From: an uncultured Bacilli bacterium
GTDB lineage: Bacteria > Bacillota_I > Bacilli_A > RFN20 > CAG-288
Length of the DNA: 32,928 bases
Direction of reading: 5' to 3'
Assembly (NCBI GenBank): GCA_934700375.1
Contig: CAKUXT010000002.1
Location: 1 to 32,928, forward strand
Positions 9,289 through 16,870 of the stretch are shown in pieces. The notes below the pieces were generated by a model. That model searched no databases, had not been told where the DNA came from, and was given only the letters and a program-made list of their open reading frames with translations. The translations under genes were made by a program, and so were the position numbers. Each line of letters starts with the position of its first letter. Positions within the stretch are counted from its first letter, which is position 1.

Positions 9289-10686
9289 TTACTTCACTTC
9301 ATTTTTATGCAGGAATGCATGAATATAGTTATCCAAATCAGAAATCTTGACTCTCTCCTGTGTCATGGAATCTCTCTCACGGACAGTGACAGTCTGGTCC
9401 TCTTCGCTCTGGAAGTCATAAGTGACGCATAAAGGAGTGCCGATAGCATCCTCTCTGCGGTAACGTTTGCCGATGCTTCCAGTTGTATCGAAGATTGCAT
9501 CATAGTTGAAGCGCAATGCATCGAAGACCTTCTTTGCGCTCTCGTTGAGCTTGTTGCTCAAAGGCATGACTGCAACAGAATACGGAGCAAGTTCAGGAGT
9601 GAAGTGCATGACGATTCTGGAATCCTTGCCATCAGCAAGCTCTTCGACATCATAGGCATCACAGCATAATGCGAGCATCAAACGATCCAAGCCGAAGGAA
9701 GGCTCGACAACATGCGGAACATACTTTGTATTGGTTTCAGGATCAAGATAAGTGAGATCCTGGCTGGAGAACTGCATATGCTTGGAGAGGTCATAATCGC
9801 CACGGCAGGCAATACCCATAAGTTCACCCCAGCCGATGGTCGGGAAATCATATTCGATATCCGTTGTCGCCTTGGAATAGAAAGCGAGCTCAGCCGGTTC
9901 ATGATCGCGGAAGCGGACTTTTTCAGCTTTCAATCCGAGCTTTTCGACAAAGGACTTGCAGTTTTCTTTATAGAACTCAAACCACTTGTCATCTTCGCCA
10001 GGCTTGAAGAAGAATTCGATTTCCATCTGTTCGAACTCTCTGGTACGGAAGGTGAAGTTGCCAGGAGTGATTTCATTACGGAAAGACTTACCGATATCGA
10101 CAATGCCGATAGGAAGCTTTCTTCTGGTTGTGCGCATGACATTCTTGAAGTTGACAAAGATACCCTGTGCGGTTTCAGGACGGAGATAGACCGCAGACTG
10201 CTTGTCTTCTGTGACACCGATGAAGGTCTTGAACATCATCTGGAACTGACGAATAGGAGTGAACTGATTCTTTCCGCAGCTAGGGCAGACGATTTCACCG
10301 GACTGCATGATGGTGTTGAGCTCTTCCTGTGTCATGCCATCGACATCGAGTTCAGGCTTCTGATCATGGATGATCTGATCGGCTCTGAAACGGGAATGGC
10401 AATACTTGCAGTCAACAAGCGGATCGTGGAAGTTTGCAACGTGTCCAGTAGCTTCCCAGACCTTCGGATTCATGATGATGGCCGGATCGATCTGGACATT
10501 GTATTCAATGCCGCGGACGAAGTGGCGGAGCCACAAATCCTTGACGTGATTTTTCAGCAATGTGCCTAACGGGCCGTAATCCCAAGAGTTGGATAAACCG
10601 CCGTAAATATCGGAACCAGGATAAACAAAGCCGCTTGTGATAAGGTGGCTTGTGACTTCTTCGAATTTGATTTCTTTTTCTGCCAT
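9289..10686 (-). CDS. glyQS: Glycine--tRNA ligase (single-chain GlyQS type)
   Basis: This 465-aa protein has FVYPGSDIYGGLSNSWDYGPLG, FRNEITPGNFTFRTREFEQMEIEFF and the class II motif 3 (VVEPSFGLDR). Confidence 0.95.
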   Translation of the reverse strand: MAEKEIKFEEVTSHLITSGFVYPGSDIYGGLSNSWDYGPLGTLLKNHVKDLWLRHFVRGIEYNVQIDPAIIMNPKVWEATGHVANFHDPLVDCKYCHSRFRADQIIHDQKPELDVDGMTQEELNTIMQSGEIVCPSCGKNQFTPIRQFQMMFKTFIGVTEDKQSAVYLRPETAQGIFVNFKNVMRTTRRKLPIGIVDIGKSFRNEITPGNFTFRTREFEQMEIEFFFKPGEDDKWFEFYKENCKSFVEKLGLKAEKVRFRDHEPAELAFYSKATTDIEYDFPTIGWGELMGIACRGDYDLSKHMQFSSQDLTYLDPETNTKYVPHVVEPSFGLDRLMLALCCDAYDVEELADGKDSRIVMHFTPELAPYSVAVMPLSNKLNESAKKVFDALRFNYDAIFDTTGSIGKRYRREDAIGTPLCVTYDFQSEEDQTVTVRERDSMTQERVKISDLDNYIHAFLHKNEVK

Positions 10687-10725
10687 GATTTTTTACCTCT
10701 TATTTTATATTTAGTAAACTTAAAT

Positions 10726-10734
10726 AGTATAACA
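10726..10734 (-). promoter_or_regulatory. Candidate extended -10 element (TGtTATACT) upstream of glyQS
   Basis: The minus strand reads ttaTGtTATACTatttaagtttactaaatataaaatAAGAGGtaaaaaatcATG. The leader is only about 35 nt. Confidence 0.35.
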
Positions 10735-10747
10735 TAAACAAAGAACG

Positions 10748-11491
10748 CTAATTATTGTCAATTGCTTCAAGAAGAAGCGAAAAAGATCGGATAGGTTTCA
10801 AGTCGAAATAATCGATCAGATGATTGAGAAGTTCAGAAAGGATTTCCTTCCCTTCTTTTTTTGGTACTTTCTTATCAAGAATCGTCTTAGACAAAGAAGA
10901 AAACGCATATTTGAGAATATATAATTTCATCTCAGGAGCACGTTCTCCATCTTTTAGGCAATCCTTGCAGATAAATCCGCCCTTCTGTAAATCGTAAGAG
11001 ACGATATTTTTTGTCTTTTGACAATAAAGACAGCAATCCGTCTTCACATCGATGCCTAGACTTCGATAGAAGATGCCTAATAGAAGAATGGAATAAGAAA
11101 GAATGTCATCGTGATTCTTCAAGGAAGAAAGAAGCTGATAGATCTCATCGCTAGGATAGGAATCACCAAACTTGAATAACACCAGGGAAAGTTCCTGAAG
11201 AAAGAAGAGAAAACAGGATTTGCCATAATCCTGACAAAGGAGCGAATTGTCTTCGATCACCTGAACCGAAGAAATAAGGTTCAATCCATCTGACGTTTCT
11301 CTGTAATCGACTTTGACAAGATCAGGAATGATAAGGAGCGATTTCAAAGGACTCTTCGGCTTATAGATGCCTTTTGCAAGCCCCGAAAATAGGCCGTGTT
11401 CACCAGCAAAAGTGATGACAGCGGAATCTTCTTTGAACGGGGAAACGGAAAGGACGTAGCAAAGAGAGTCCTTCAAAGGAAGAGAGATCAT
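10748..11491 (-). CDS. recO: DNA repair protein RecO
   Basis: The OB-fold N-terminus is CYVLSVSPFKEDSAVITFAGEHGLFSGLAKG and the zinc motif is CCLYCQ...FICKDC. The ATG at 11491 overlaps the era stop (ATGA). The track ORF extends 15 codons further upstream into era. Confidence 0.8.
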   Translation of the reverse strand: MISLPLKDSLCYVLSVSPFKEDSAVITFAGEHGLFSGLAKGIYKPKSPLKSLLIIPDLVKVDYRETSDGLNLISSVQVIEDNSLLCQDYGKSCFLFFLQELSLVLFKFGDSYPSDEIYQLLSSLKNHDDILSYSILLLGIFYRSLGIDVKTDCCLYCQKTKNIVSYDLQKGGFICKDCLKDGERAPEMKLYILKYAFSSLSKTILDKKVPKKEGKEILSELLNHLIDYFDLKPIRSFSLLLEAIDNN

Positions 11492-12360
11492 TCTTCGTAG
11501 CCGAATTTCTTCAGATATTTGTCCTGATTTCTCCAATCAGGAATCGCTTTGACCAACAGTTCGCAGCGCACCGGCATACCGAAATAGGAAGAGATGGACT
11601 GTTCGCTATAACGGCAGATCTCAGAGATCATCTTTCCGCCTTTTCCGATGACGATTGCCTTTTCGGATTCTTTTTCGACGATGATATCAGCAAAGATCTC
11701 CATTCCTTCTTCATCCTCACTGACATGCTTCATGTCGACATAGATAGAATGAGGAACCTCTTTGCTTAAAAGTCTCATGCATTTCTCACGGATGATTTCA
11801 GAGATGATGAATTCCTTCGGACGGTCCGAGACGATGTCATCAGGGAAGATGAGGTCTCCTTCTTCGAAATGACTCTTGATCTCCTTAAGAAGCTCTTCGA
11901 TGCCGAATCCATCTTTGGCAGACATGCGGATGACTTTGCAATCAGGAAGGATTTCAAGATATCTAGCCAATCTGCTCTCACCGATTTCAGCTTTGACAAG
12001 GTCAACCTTGTTAAAGCAGAGAATGACAGGGATATCCTGTTTGGCAAGTTTATTTGCAAGTTCGAAGTTCGGAACTTCGCTGGCATCGATGACATAGACA
12101 ATGACATCGACTCCTTCCTTGGCGCTTTCAGAATCGCGAAGCAAAATGCTTCCTAATTTGCCATGGGGTTTGAAGACACCAGGAGTATCGACAAAGATGA
12201 TCTGAGAATCTTCGTCGTTGTAGATGGCGTTGACATTGTCTCTTGTTGTCTGAGGTTTAGAAGAAACAGGAAGAAGCTTAAAGCCTAAGCATTTATTGAT
12301 GATGGTGCTTTTACCGGCATTGGCTCTTCCGTATACACAAGCGAATCCGACTTTTTTCAT
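11488..12360 (-). CDS. era: GTPase Era
   Basis: G1 is GRANAGKST, G3 is DTPG, G4 is NKVD, and a C-terminal KH domain is present (VIGKGGKMI). The ATGA overlaps the upstream gene. Confidence 0.95.
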   Translation of the reverse strand: MKKVGFACVYGRANAGKSTIINKCLGFKLLPVSSKPQTTRDNVNAIYNDEDSQIIFVDTPGVFKPHGKLGSILLRDSESAKEGVDVIVYVIDASEVPNFELANKLAKQDIPVILCFNKVDLVKAEIGESRLARYLEILPDCKVIRMSAKDGFGIEELLKEIKSHFEEGDLIFPDDIVSDRPKEFIISEIIREKCMRLLSKEVPHSIYVDMKHVSEDEEGMEIFADIIVEKESEKAIVIGKGGKMISEICRYSEQSISSYFGMPVRCELLVKAIPDWRNQDKYLKKFGYEE

Positions 12361-13226
12361 GCGTGATAATCCTCCGAGGTGAACATATAGGGCAATAAAT
12401 CTTTGACTGTTGTAAACAGGTGCTCACTTTCATCTTTGTTGTAGATATAGACTGGGCAATTGACATGCATCAATTCGCTCATGACCTGGCGGCAGCTTCC
12501 GCAAGGTGTACCGACATTGCTCGATGATGTAATCAGGGACAATGACACGATATCGTCTTTGGTATAACCGGAACAATAGGTGTGGAACAGAGCACATCTT
12601 TCTGCACACATCGAAACGCCGAATGCGGAGTTCTCGATGTTGAATCCCATATGATATTTTCCGTCTTTTGTCATAACGACAGCACCGACATGGAAATTCG
12701 AATAAGGTGCAATCGAATGGCTCTGGGCTTCAAGAAGAAGTTTCTTGACCTTGTTTAAATTTGTATAGAAATCATAAGGCAAAGAATTCAGAATGGCGTT
12801 CTGAAGAGCAAACATCTCCTCAGCTTCCTCTTCGGAGCGATGATGATCATAACCGAATGCGTGAAGAAGTCCGTGGATGAAAAGGAATGCGAGTTCTCTC
12901 TCTAGCGGATGATGATATTCTCTGGCCTGTTTCTTTGCGACATCGACAGAGAGCATGATGTCTCCTAAATCGAAGATCGGTTCGTCTTTGACAAAATCAG
13001 CTTCCTGATAAGCAAAGGTGAGAACATCCGTCGGTCTATCGATATTGCGATACTCTTTGTTGAATTTCTGCATGTTTTCCAAAGTCTGAAGAGAAAGGGA
13101 AACTTCATAAGAGCCCTCTTTCTTCAAATAGGCCAAGGTATGATCAAATACTGTCTGGAATAGGTTTTTCCATTCGCGTTTTGCTTTTACGCATGATACA
13201 TAGTCTAAAACGTGTTCGTCAGCCAT
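12357..13226 (-). CDS. ybeY: Fusion protein: endoribonuclease YbeY (N-terminal) plus cytidine deaminase Cdd (C-terminal)
   Basis: A single 289-aa ORF. The N-terminal half carries the YbeY zinc motif HGLLHAFGYDH. The C-terminal half carries the Cdd zinc ligands (CAERCA and PCGSCRQ). Confidence 0.85.
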   Translation of the reverse strand: MADEHVLDYVSCVKAKREWKNLFQTVFDHTLAYLKKEGSYEVSLSLQTLENMQKFNKEYRNIDRPTDVLTFAYQEADFVKDEPIFDLGDIMLSVDVAKKQAREYHHPLERELAFLFIHGLLHAFGYDHHRSEEEAEEMFALQNAILNSLPYDFYTNLNKVKKLLLEAQSHSIAPYSNFHVGAVVMTKDGKYHMGFNIENSAFGVSMCAERCALFHTYCSGYTKDDIVSLSLITSSSNVGTPCGSCRQVMSELMHVNCPVYIYNKDESEHLFTTVKDLLPYMFTSEDYHA

Positions 13227-13300
13227 ATTGGTACCCCCGTATATGTAACTAACTTAAGTATATAGCAAAACACGCTTCAATTTAAGTTTTTCTTCGCTTT

Positions 13301-14470
13301 TCAATCGCAATTATCGACAAGTGCATTGATTTCCTTGGCTTTTTCCTCCGGATAGGAAAGAATTTTCATAACAGAGTTCAGCGCATAGGAAAATGACAGC
13401 GTAAGACTTGTCGAGAAAAGAAGGGAGTTGACGGTGAAAACGTTGAAGACAGAAAGTATCGCAAAAGAGAATATCATGATGGAAAAAGCTTCTAGTATCC
13501 AGCTGATAATAATTGTAGAAAGGAGAAGTTCGCTTCTTTTTCTCATCATCCTGAAAGTCTTAGCAGCACGTTCCTCTTCCCCTTTATTTATCAAAGCAAA
13601 GAGTTCTCTTTCTTTGATCGAGCAATAGCGATTGACAGCGTTTCTCTCCTCTGTCAAAGGAAGTCTAAGAACATAGAACAATAACGAAACGAGAACCAAA
13701 AAGGAAAGATAATAGGAGTTGATCAGCAAAAGGATGATAAGGCCCACACAAAGCACCGCATACGAACAAGTATTAGAAGCGCATTTTACACTGCCTGTGA
13801 TAAGGCGATAAGTGATAGAGAGCCTCTCTTTGTTTCTCACTTCATGAAGAGATGAGAGTATCATCTCATGTTCCAGTCTATGCCGCACCTTGAAGTTCAA
13901 TGCGTTCTGAATGATGATAAAGACAAAAAAACAGGATGAAAGAATGATGCAAGGAAGGAATGGTTTCTCTTTTCCGGTAAACAATAAAGCAAGGCTTAAA
14001 GAGCAGGCCTGAAAAAGGAAGCAAAGAACATACAGGAATTTCTCATGCCGCTTTAGTAATGATGTCTGTTGTTTCGCTTTCACTCTTTTTCCTTTTGAGA
14101 CATAAATCATCAGCCTTCCTGTGAACCGAGAAAGAAATTCCTCTGTCGAAATGACCATCTCGCCAAAGCACGGATCAAAAAGGGAAACCTTATGGAAGGT
14201 GAGAGAATGAACAATGACAAAGTGATAACAGTCTCCCTGTATCATCTGACAGATGAGCGGAAACATGTCTTTCCTTATTTCAATGATATTGTCAACATGA
14301 CAAGATTCATAAATGATATCATGCTTTTCCAACTCTTTTCTCAGTTCATAAAAACTTTTACAATCACTCGAAAGATTGCATGTGTAATACCCTTTGTCTT
14401 GATTGAAATAGGACAAGAGATTCCTGATGACGCTCTTTCCACAGTCGGCTTCTTTACTTTGTAATAGCAT
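13301..14470 (-). CDS. Peptidase C39 (double-glycine bacteriocin-processing type) domain fused to a six-helix ABC-exporter-like membrane domain, with no ATPase domain
   Basis: The N-terminus MLLQSKEADCGKSV has Gln six residues before the catalytic Cys. His (CYHFVIVH) and Asp (LFDPCFG) follow. About six hydrophobic helices come next, and the ORF ends where an NBD would begin. Start is set at the ATG at 14470, 7 nt after GGAGGA; the track ORF starts at an upstream TTG inside the SD. Confidence 0.7.
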   Translation of the reverse strand: MLLQSKEADCGKSVIRNLLSYFNQDKGYYTCNLSSDCKSFYELRKELEKHDIIYESCHVDNIIEIRKDMFPLICQMIQGDCYHFVIVHSLTFHKVSLFDPCFGEMVISTEEFLSRFTGRLMIYVSKGKRVKAKQQTSLLKRHEKFLYVLCFLFQACSLSLALLFTGKEKPFLPCIILSSCFFVFIIIQNALNFKVRHRLEHEMILSSLHEVRNKERLSITYRLITGSVKCASNTCSYAVLCVGLIILLLINSYYLSFLVLVSLLFYVLRLPLTEERNAVNRYCSIKERELFALINKGEEERAAKTFRMMRKRSELLLSTIIISWILEAFSIMIFSFAILSVFNVFTVNSLLFSTSLTLSFSYALNSVMKILSYPEEKAKEINALVDNCD

Positions 14471-14514
14471 AAAACTGTCCTCCAATAAAATATATTTACG
14501 GAGTGACAGCTTTT
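14471..14514 (-). terminator. Terminator-like hairpin between dnaI and the C39 gene, whose 3' arm is the C39 gene's Shine-Dalgarno
   Basis: The minus strand reads AAAAGCTGTCaCTCC-gtaaatatattttatt-GGAGGACAGTTTT-ATG. The stem is 13 bp with one bulged A and one G-U pair, and a U-run follows. Confidence 0.5.
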
Positions 14515-14520
14515 CAAAAT

Positions 14521-15498
14521 TTATCTTAAATCAAGATCCTGAATGACTTTCTCATCAAAAAGGTCATTCAATAACGAGTAGAGTTCATCTTTTCCATGAA
14601 GGACTCTTCTATTTGAATAAATGATGGTATTGATGCCTTTTGGCTTCTCAATCGAAGCATAATTGATCTTTCCTTCTTTTTTTCTTTCTCTCAATAAGGG
14701 GAAAAGATATTTATCAAGTTTCTCATCATTGAGATAAACAATCTTATCAAGATTCTCAAGAAGAAGAACATCTGCTTCCATCAATAGCGGAAGTTCTTTT
14801 ATCGTCGGGAAAGAAAGATTGTCGTAAGAAGAGAAAAGGTTAGAAAAGAATTTCGGCGCATTGATGTAAGCAACGCTGAATTCGCTTTTGGCATAGACAT
14901 ATCCTAACAGTCTTAAAAGCGAAGAGGAGAGAGCACTTCCGCCATTGACAGTCGAGAACATGATTCCCTTGCCTGCCTTTTCGTTTTTCTTTGATATGTT
15001 GAGTGCAGAAAGAAACACCGAGGATAATCCCTGTTGCTTTTTGATATTGTCTCCCTTTAGCAAGGAGTCCAATAAGGAATTAGCGTCAACGACCAAAGCC
15101 GTATGAGAACAATCACAGGGTTTGATTCTTTCTAAAACGCGGTTCATCTCATTGAGATGGACACAAGGTTGAGGAGTGAGACGGATCCTGTCTGCTTCCT
15201 TTTCATAATAAGGAACAAGAACATAGCCTTTTCTGTCTTTTTTCGGACAGGACAAAAGTTTCTTCTTACAGGAAAGACATTCATTTCTGTCCATCTGATA
15301 TGAATAGAGTTCGCCTAATGAATTTTCAAAGGTCTTTCCGGTTTTCAGCAATGGTTTGATCATCTTCAAAGCAAGCACATCATCTTTGAGGAAGTCCTGA
15401 ATCGATTCCTCCAAAGCGAGTTTTTCCTTTTCATCGAACTCAACTTTGACATGCTTCACCTGCATCTGTTCGACATTGATGAATTGATTGCTCTTCAT
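14521..15498 (-). CDS. dnaI: DnaI-like helicase loader (AAA+ fold) with degenerate Walker A and B motifs
   Basis: It overlaps the upstream dnaB-type gene (ATGA), as in the Bacillus dnaB-dnaI operon. It has an N-terminal Cys-rich zinc module (CLSCKKKLLSCP...PCVH). The C-terminal half aligns by eye with B. subtilis DnaI, but has STVNGGSAL in place of GxxGxGKT and LLLENLD in place of hhhhDD. Confidence 0.65.
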   Translation of the reverse strand: MKSNQFINVEQMQVKHVKVEFDEKEKLALEESIQDFLKDDVLALKMIKPLLKTGKTFENSLGELYSYQMDRNECLSCKKKLLSCPKKDRKGYVLVPYYEKEADRIRLTPQPCVHLNEMNRVLERIKPCDCSHTALVVDANSLLDSLLKGDNIKKQQGLSSVFLSALNISKKNEKAGKGIMFSTVNGGSALSSSLLRLLGYVYAKSEFSVAYINAPKFFSNLFSSYDNLSFPTIKELPLLMEADVLLLENLDKIVYLNDEKLDKYLFPLLRERKKEGKINYASIEKPKGINTIIYSNRRVLHGKDELYSLLNDLFDEKVIQDLDLR

Positions 15499-16748
15499 AA
15501 ATCAAGTCCCTTAGAAAGCGCTAAAAGATCATCTTTTGTGATCTCCTCGCTCTCTTCCTTTTTATCAGTCTCTTCAGCAGCAGACTTCTTTGCTTTGCTA
15601 TACGTCGATTTGCGTTTTTTGTTTTCAAGGACCTGGAAATCTCGCGTCTTCAAAGCGACGATAGCGCCATAGCAGTCAGTGACATTGTTGGCAGATAAGG
15701 TAAAGGCCACCTTGTCGATCAAAACAGAATTGAATTCCTTGTTTGTCTTCTTCAAAGAATAATCAAGAATGACATTGATGATGCCATTGTCAAAGTCGAA
15801 ATTCTTTCTCAGCTTTTCGACTTCTTTCAGCATATAGTCATTGGGTTCCGCATGGAAGAAAGCCTGAAGATATTGTTTTGGTGTTGTTGATGTGAAGATT
15901 TTCACGTTGACCGAACTGTCTCCTTGTCCTAAAGATGCTTTTTCGGCTTCCTGCTTTTCCAAACGGATATATTGATTCTGAGTTCTGACCTTCGATTCAA
16001 ACTTATTCAAATAAAAATTGAAGTCTGTATCCAAGGATTCCTCAATCAGTTTCAAGACTGTCTTTTCATCCAGTCCATATAATTTGGCATCAGATTCAAT
16101 CTGGGAAAAATAGGCTTGAATCTTATCGAGAGGAATATTGTCTGCCTGAAGAAAATCAAGCAGCGTCTGCATGGAAAACTTTGCAATCTCCTTATACTGC
16201 TTTCCTTCAACATTGTTTTCAGCCTGAAGATCCTCTTTAGATAATGCGACAGAATACACATCGGAAAATCTTGCACTGACGGATGTAAAGCCATCAAGGA
16301 GTTGTCCGTCCTCTTTTTTGAAATAATTGACAAGGCGATGATATTTCTTATTGGAGACATTCTGAAGGAGAAGATTCTTAAGAATCGGATCAGCAAAGAA
16401 TTTCTTCGGACTGGCAGTCGGAATCAAACGATAAAGATAAAAAACTTTGCTTCCGTTTTCATCTGTTTTTTCTTTTCGATAGGTTTCAAGAAGGCCGATG
16501 GCTTCCAGTCTCTCTCTGGCTTTAAGGAAACGCACATCATCAAAACCGATCATCGATAAAAACTCTTCATGCGTGACAAGGCCGTCGATTTCAGCGCTCT
16601 TGCTGCTCTTATAAAGCACATCATAAATCAGATAGGCATCCGATTTGATGATGGGAAGATACAACAGGGCCAAAACGGAAAAATCGGTCTCTGAGAGGGA
16701 GTAATCGACCGAGATGGAAAAACTGGAATCAGGTTCAATAATGTTCAT
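15495..16748 (-). CDS. dnaB: Replication initiation/membrane attachment protein DnaB (Bacillus-type, DnaD/DnaB_2 family; not the helicase)
   Basis: This 417-aa protein has an N-terminus (LLYLPIIKSDAYLIYDVLY) and a C-terminal DnaD-like repeat (IINVILDYSLKKTNKEFNSVLIDKVAFTL) that resemble B. subtilis DnaB. It sits directly upstream of, and overlapping, dnaI. Confidence 0.7.
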   Translation of the reverse strand: MNIIEPDSSFSISVDYSLSETDFSVLALLYLPIIKSDAYLIYDVLYKSSKSAEIDGLVTHEEFLSMIGFDDVRFLKARERLEAIGLLETYRKEKTDENGSKVFYLYRLIPTASPKKFFADPILKNLLLQNVSNKKYHRLVNYFKKEDGQLLDGFTSVSARFSDVYSVALSKEDLQAENNVEGKQYKEIAKFSMQTLLDFLQADNIPLDKIQAYFSQIESDAKLYGLDEKTVLKLIEESLDTDFNFYLNKFESKVRTQNQYIRLEKQEAEKASLGQGDSSVNVKIFTSTTPKQYLQAFFHAEPNDYMLKEVEKLRKNFDFDNGIINVILDYSLKKTNKEFNSVLIDKVAFTLSANNVTDCYGAIVALKTRDFQVLENKKRKSTYSKAKKSAAEETDKKEESEEITKDDLLALSKGLDL

Positions 16749-16754
16749 GCGATT

Positions 16755-16763
16755 ATTATACCA
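16755..16763 (-). promoter_or_regulatory. Candidate extended -10 promoter (TGgTATAAT) for dnaB, positioned for a leaderless mRNA
   Basis: The minus strand reads ggatTTGgTATAATaatcgcATG, with 6 nt between the hexamer and the A of the start codon. No SD is present. Confidence 0.45.
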
Positions 16764-16815
16764 AATCCAGGCTGTATTAAAGCCATAATCTCTTCTTTAA
16801 TTTTTTAGTATATAT

Positions 16816-16824
16816 TGGTAAAAT
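16816..16824 (+). promoter_or_regulatory. Candidate extended -10 promoter (TGgTAAAAT) for pyk
   Basis: The sequence is tatatTGgTAAAATataaaggttagttttcattccataataaatatgAAGGAGtacattcATG. Confidence 0.35.
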
Positions 16825-16870
16825 ATAAAGGTTAGTTTTCATTCCATAATAAATATGAAGGAGTACATTC

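Noticed and set aside
9712-10569. A 285-aa plus-strand ORF antisense to glyQS.
   Set aside because: It is codon-aligned with glyQS, the same codon-bias artefact as in pyk. It has no SD and no recognisable domain.
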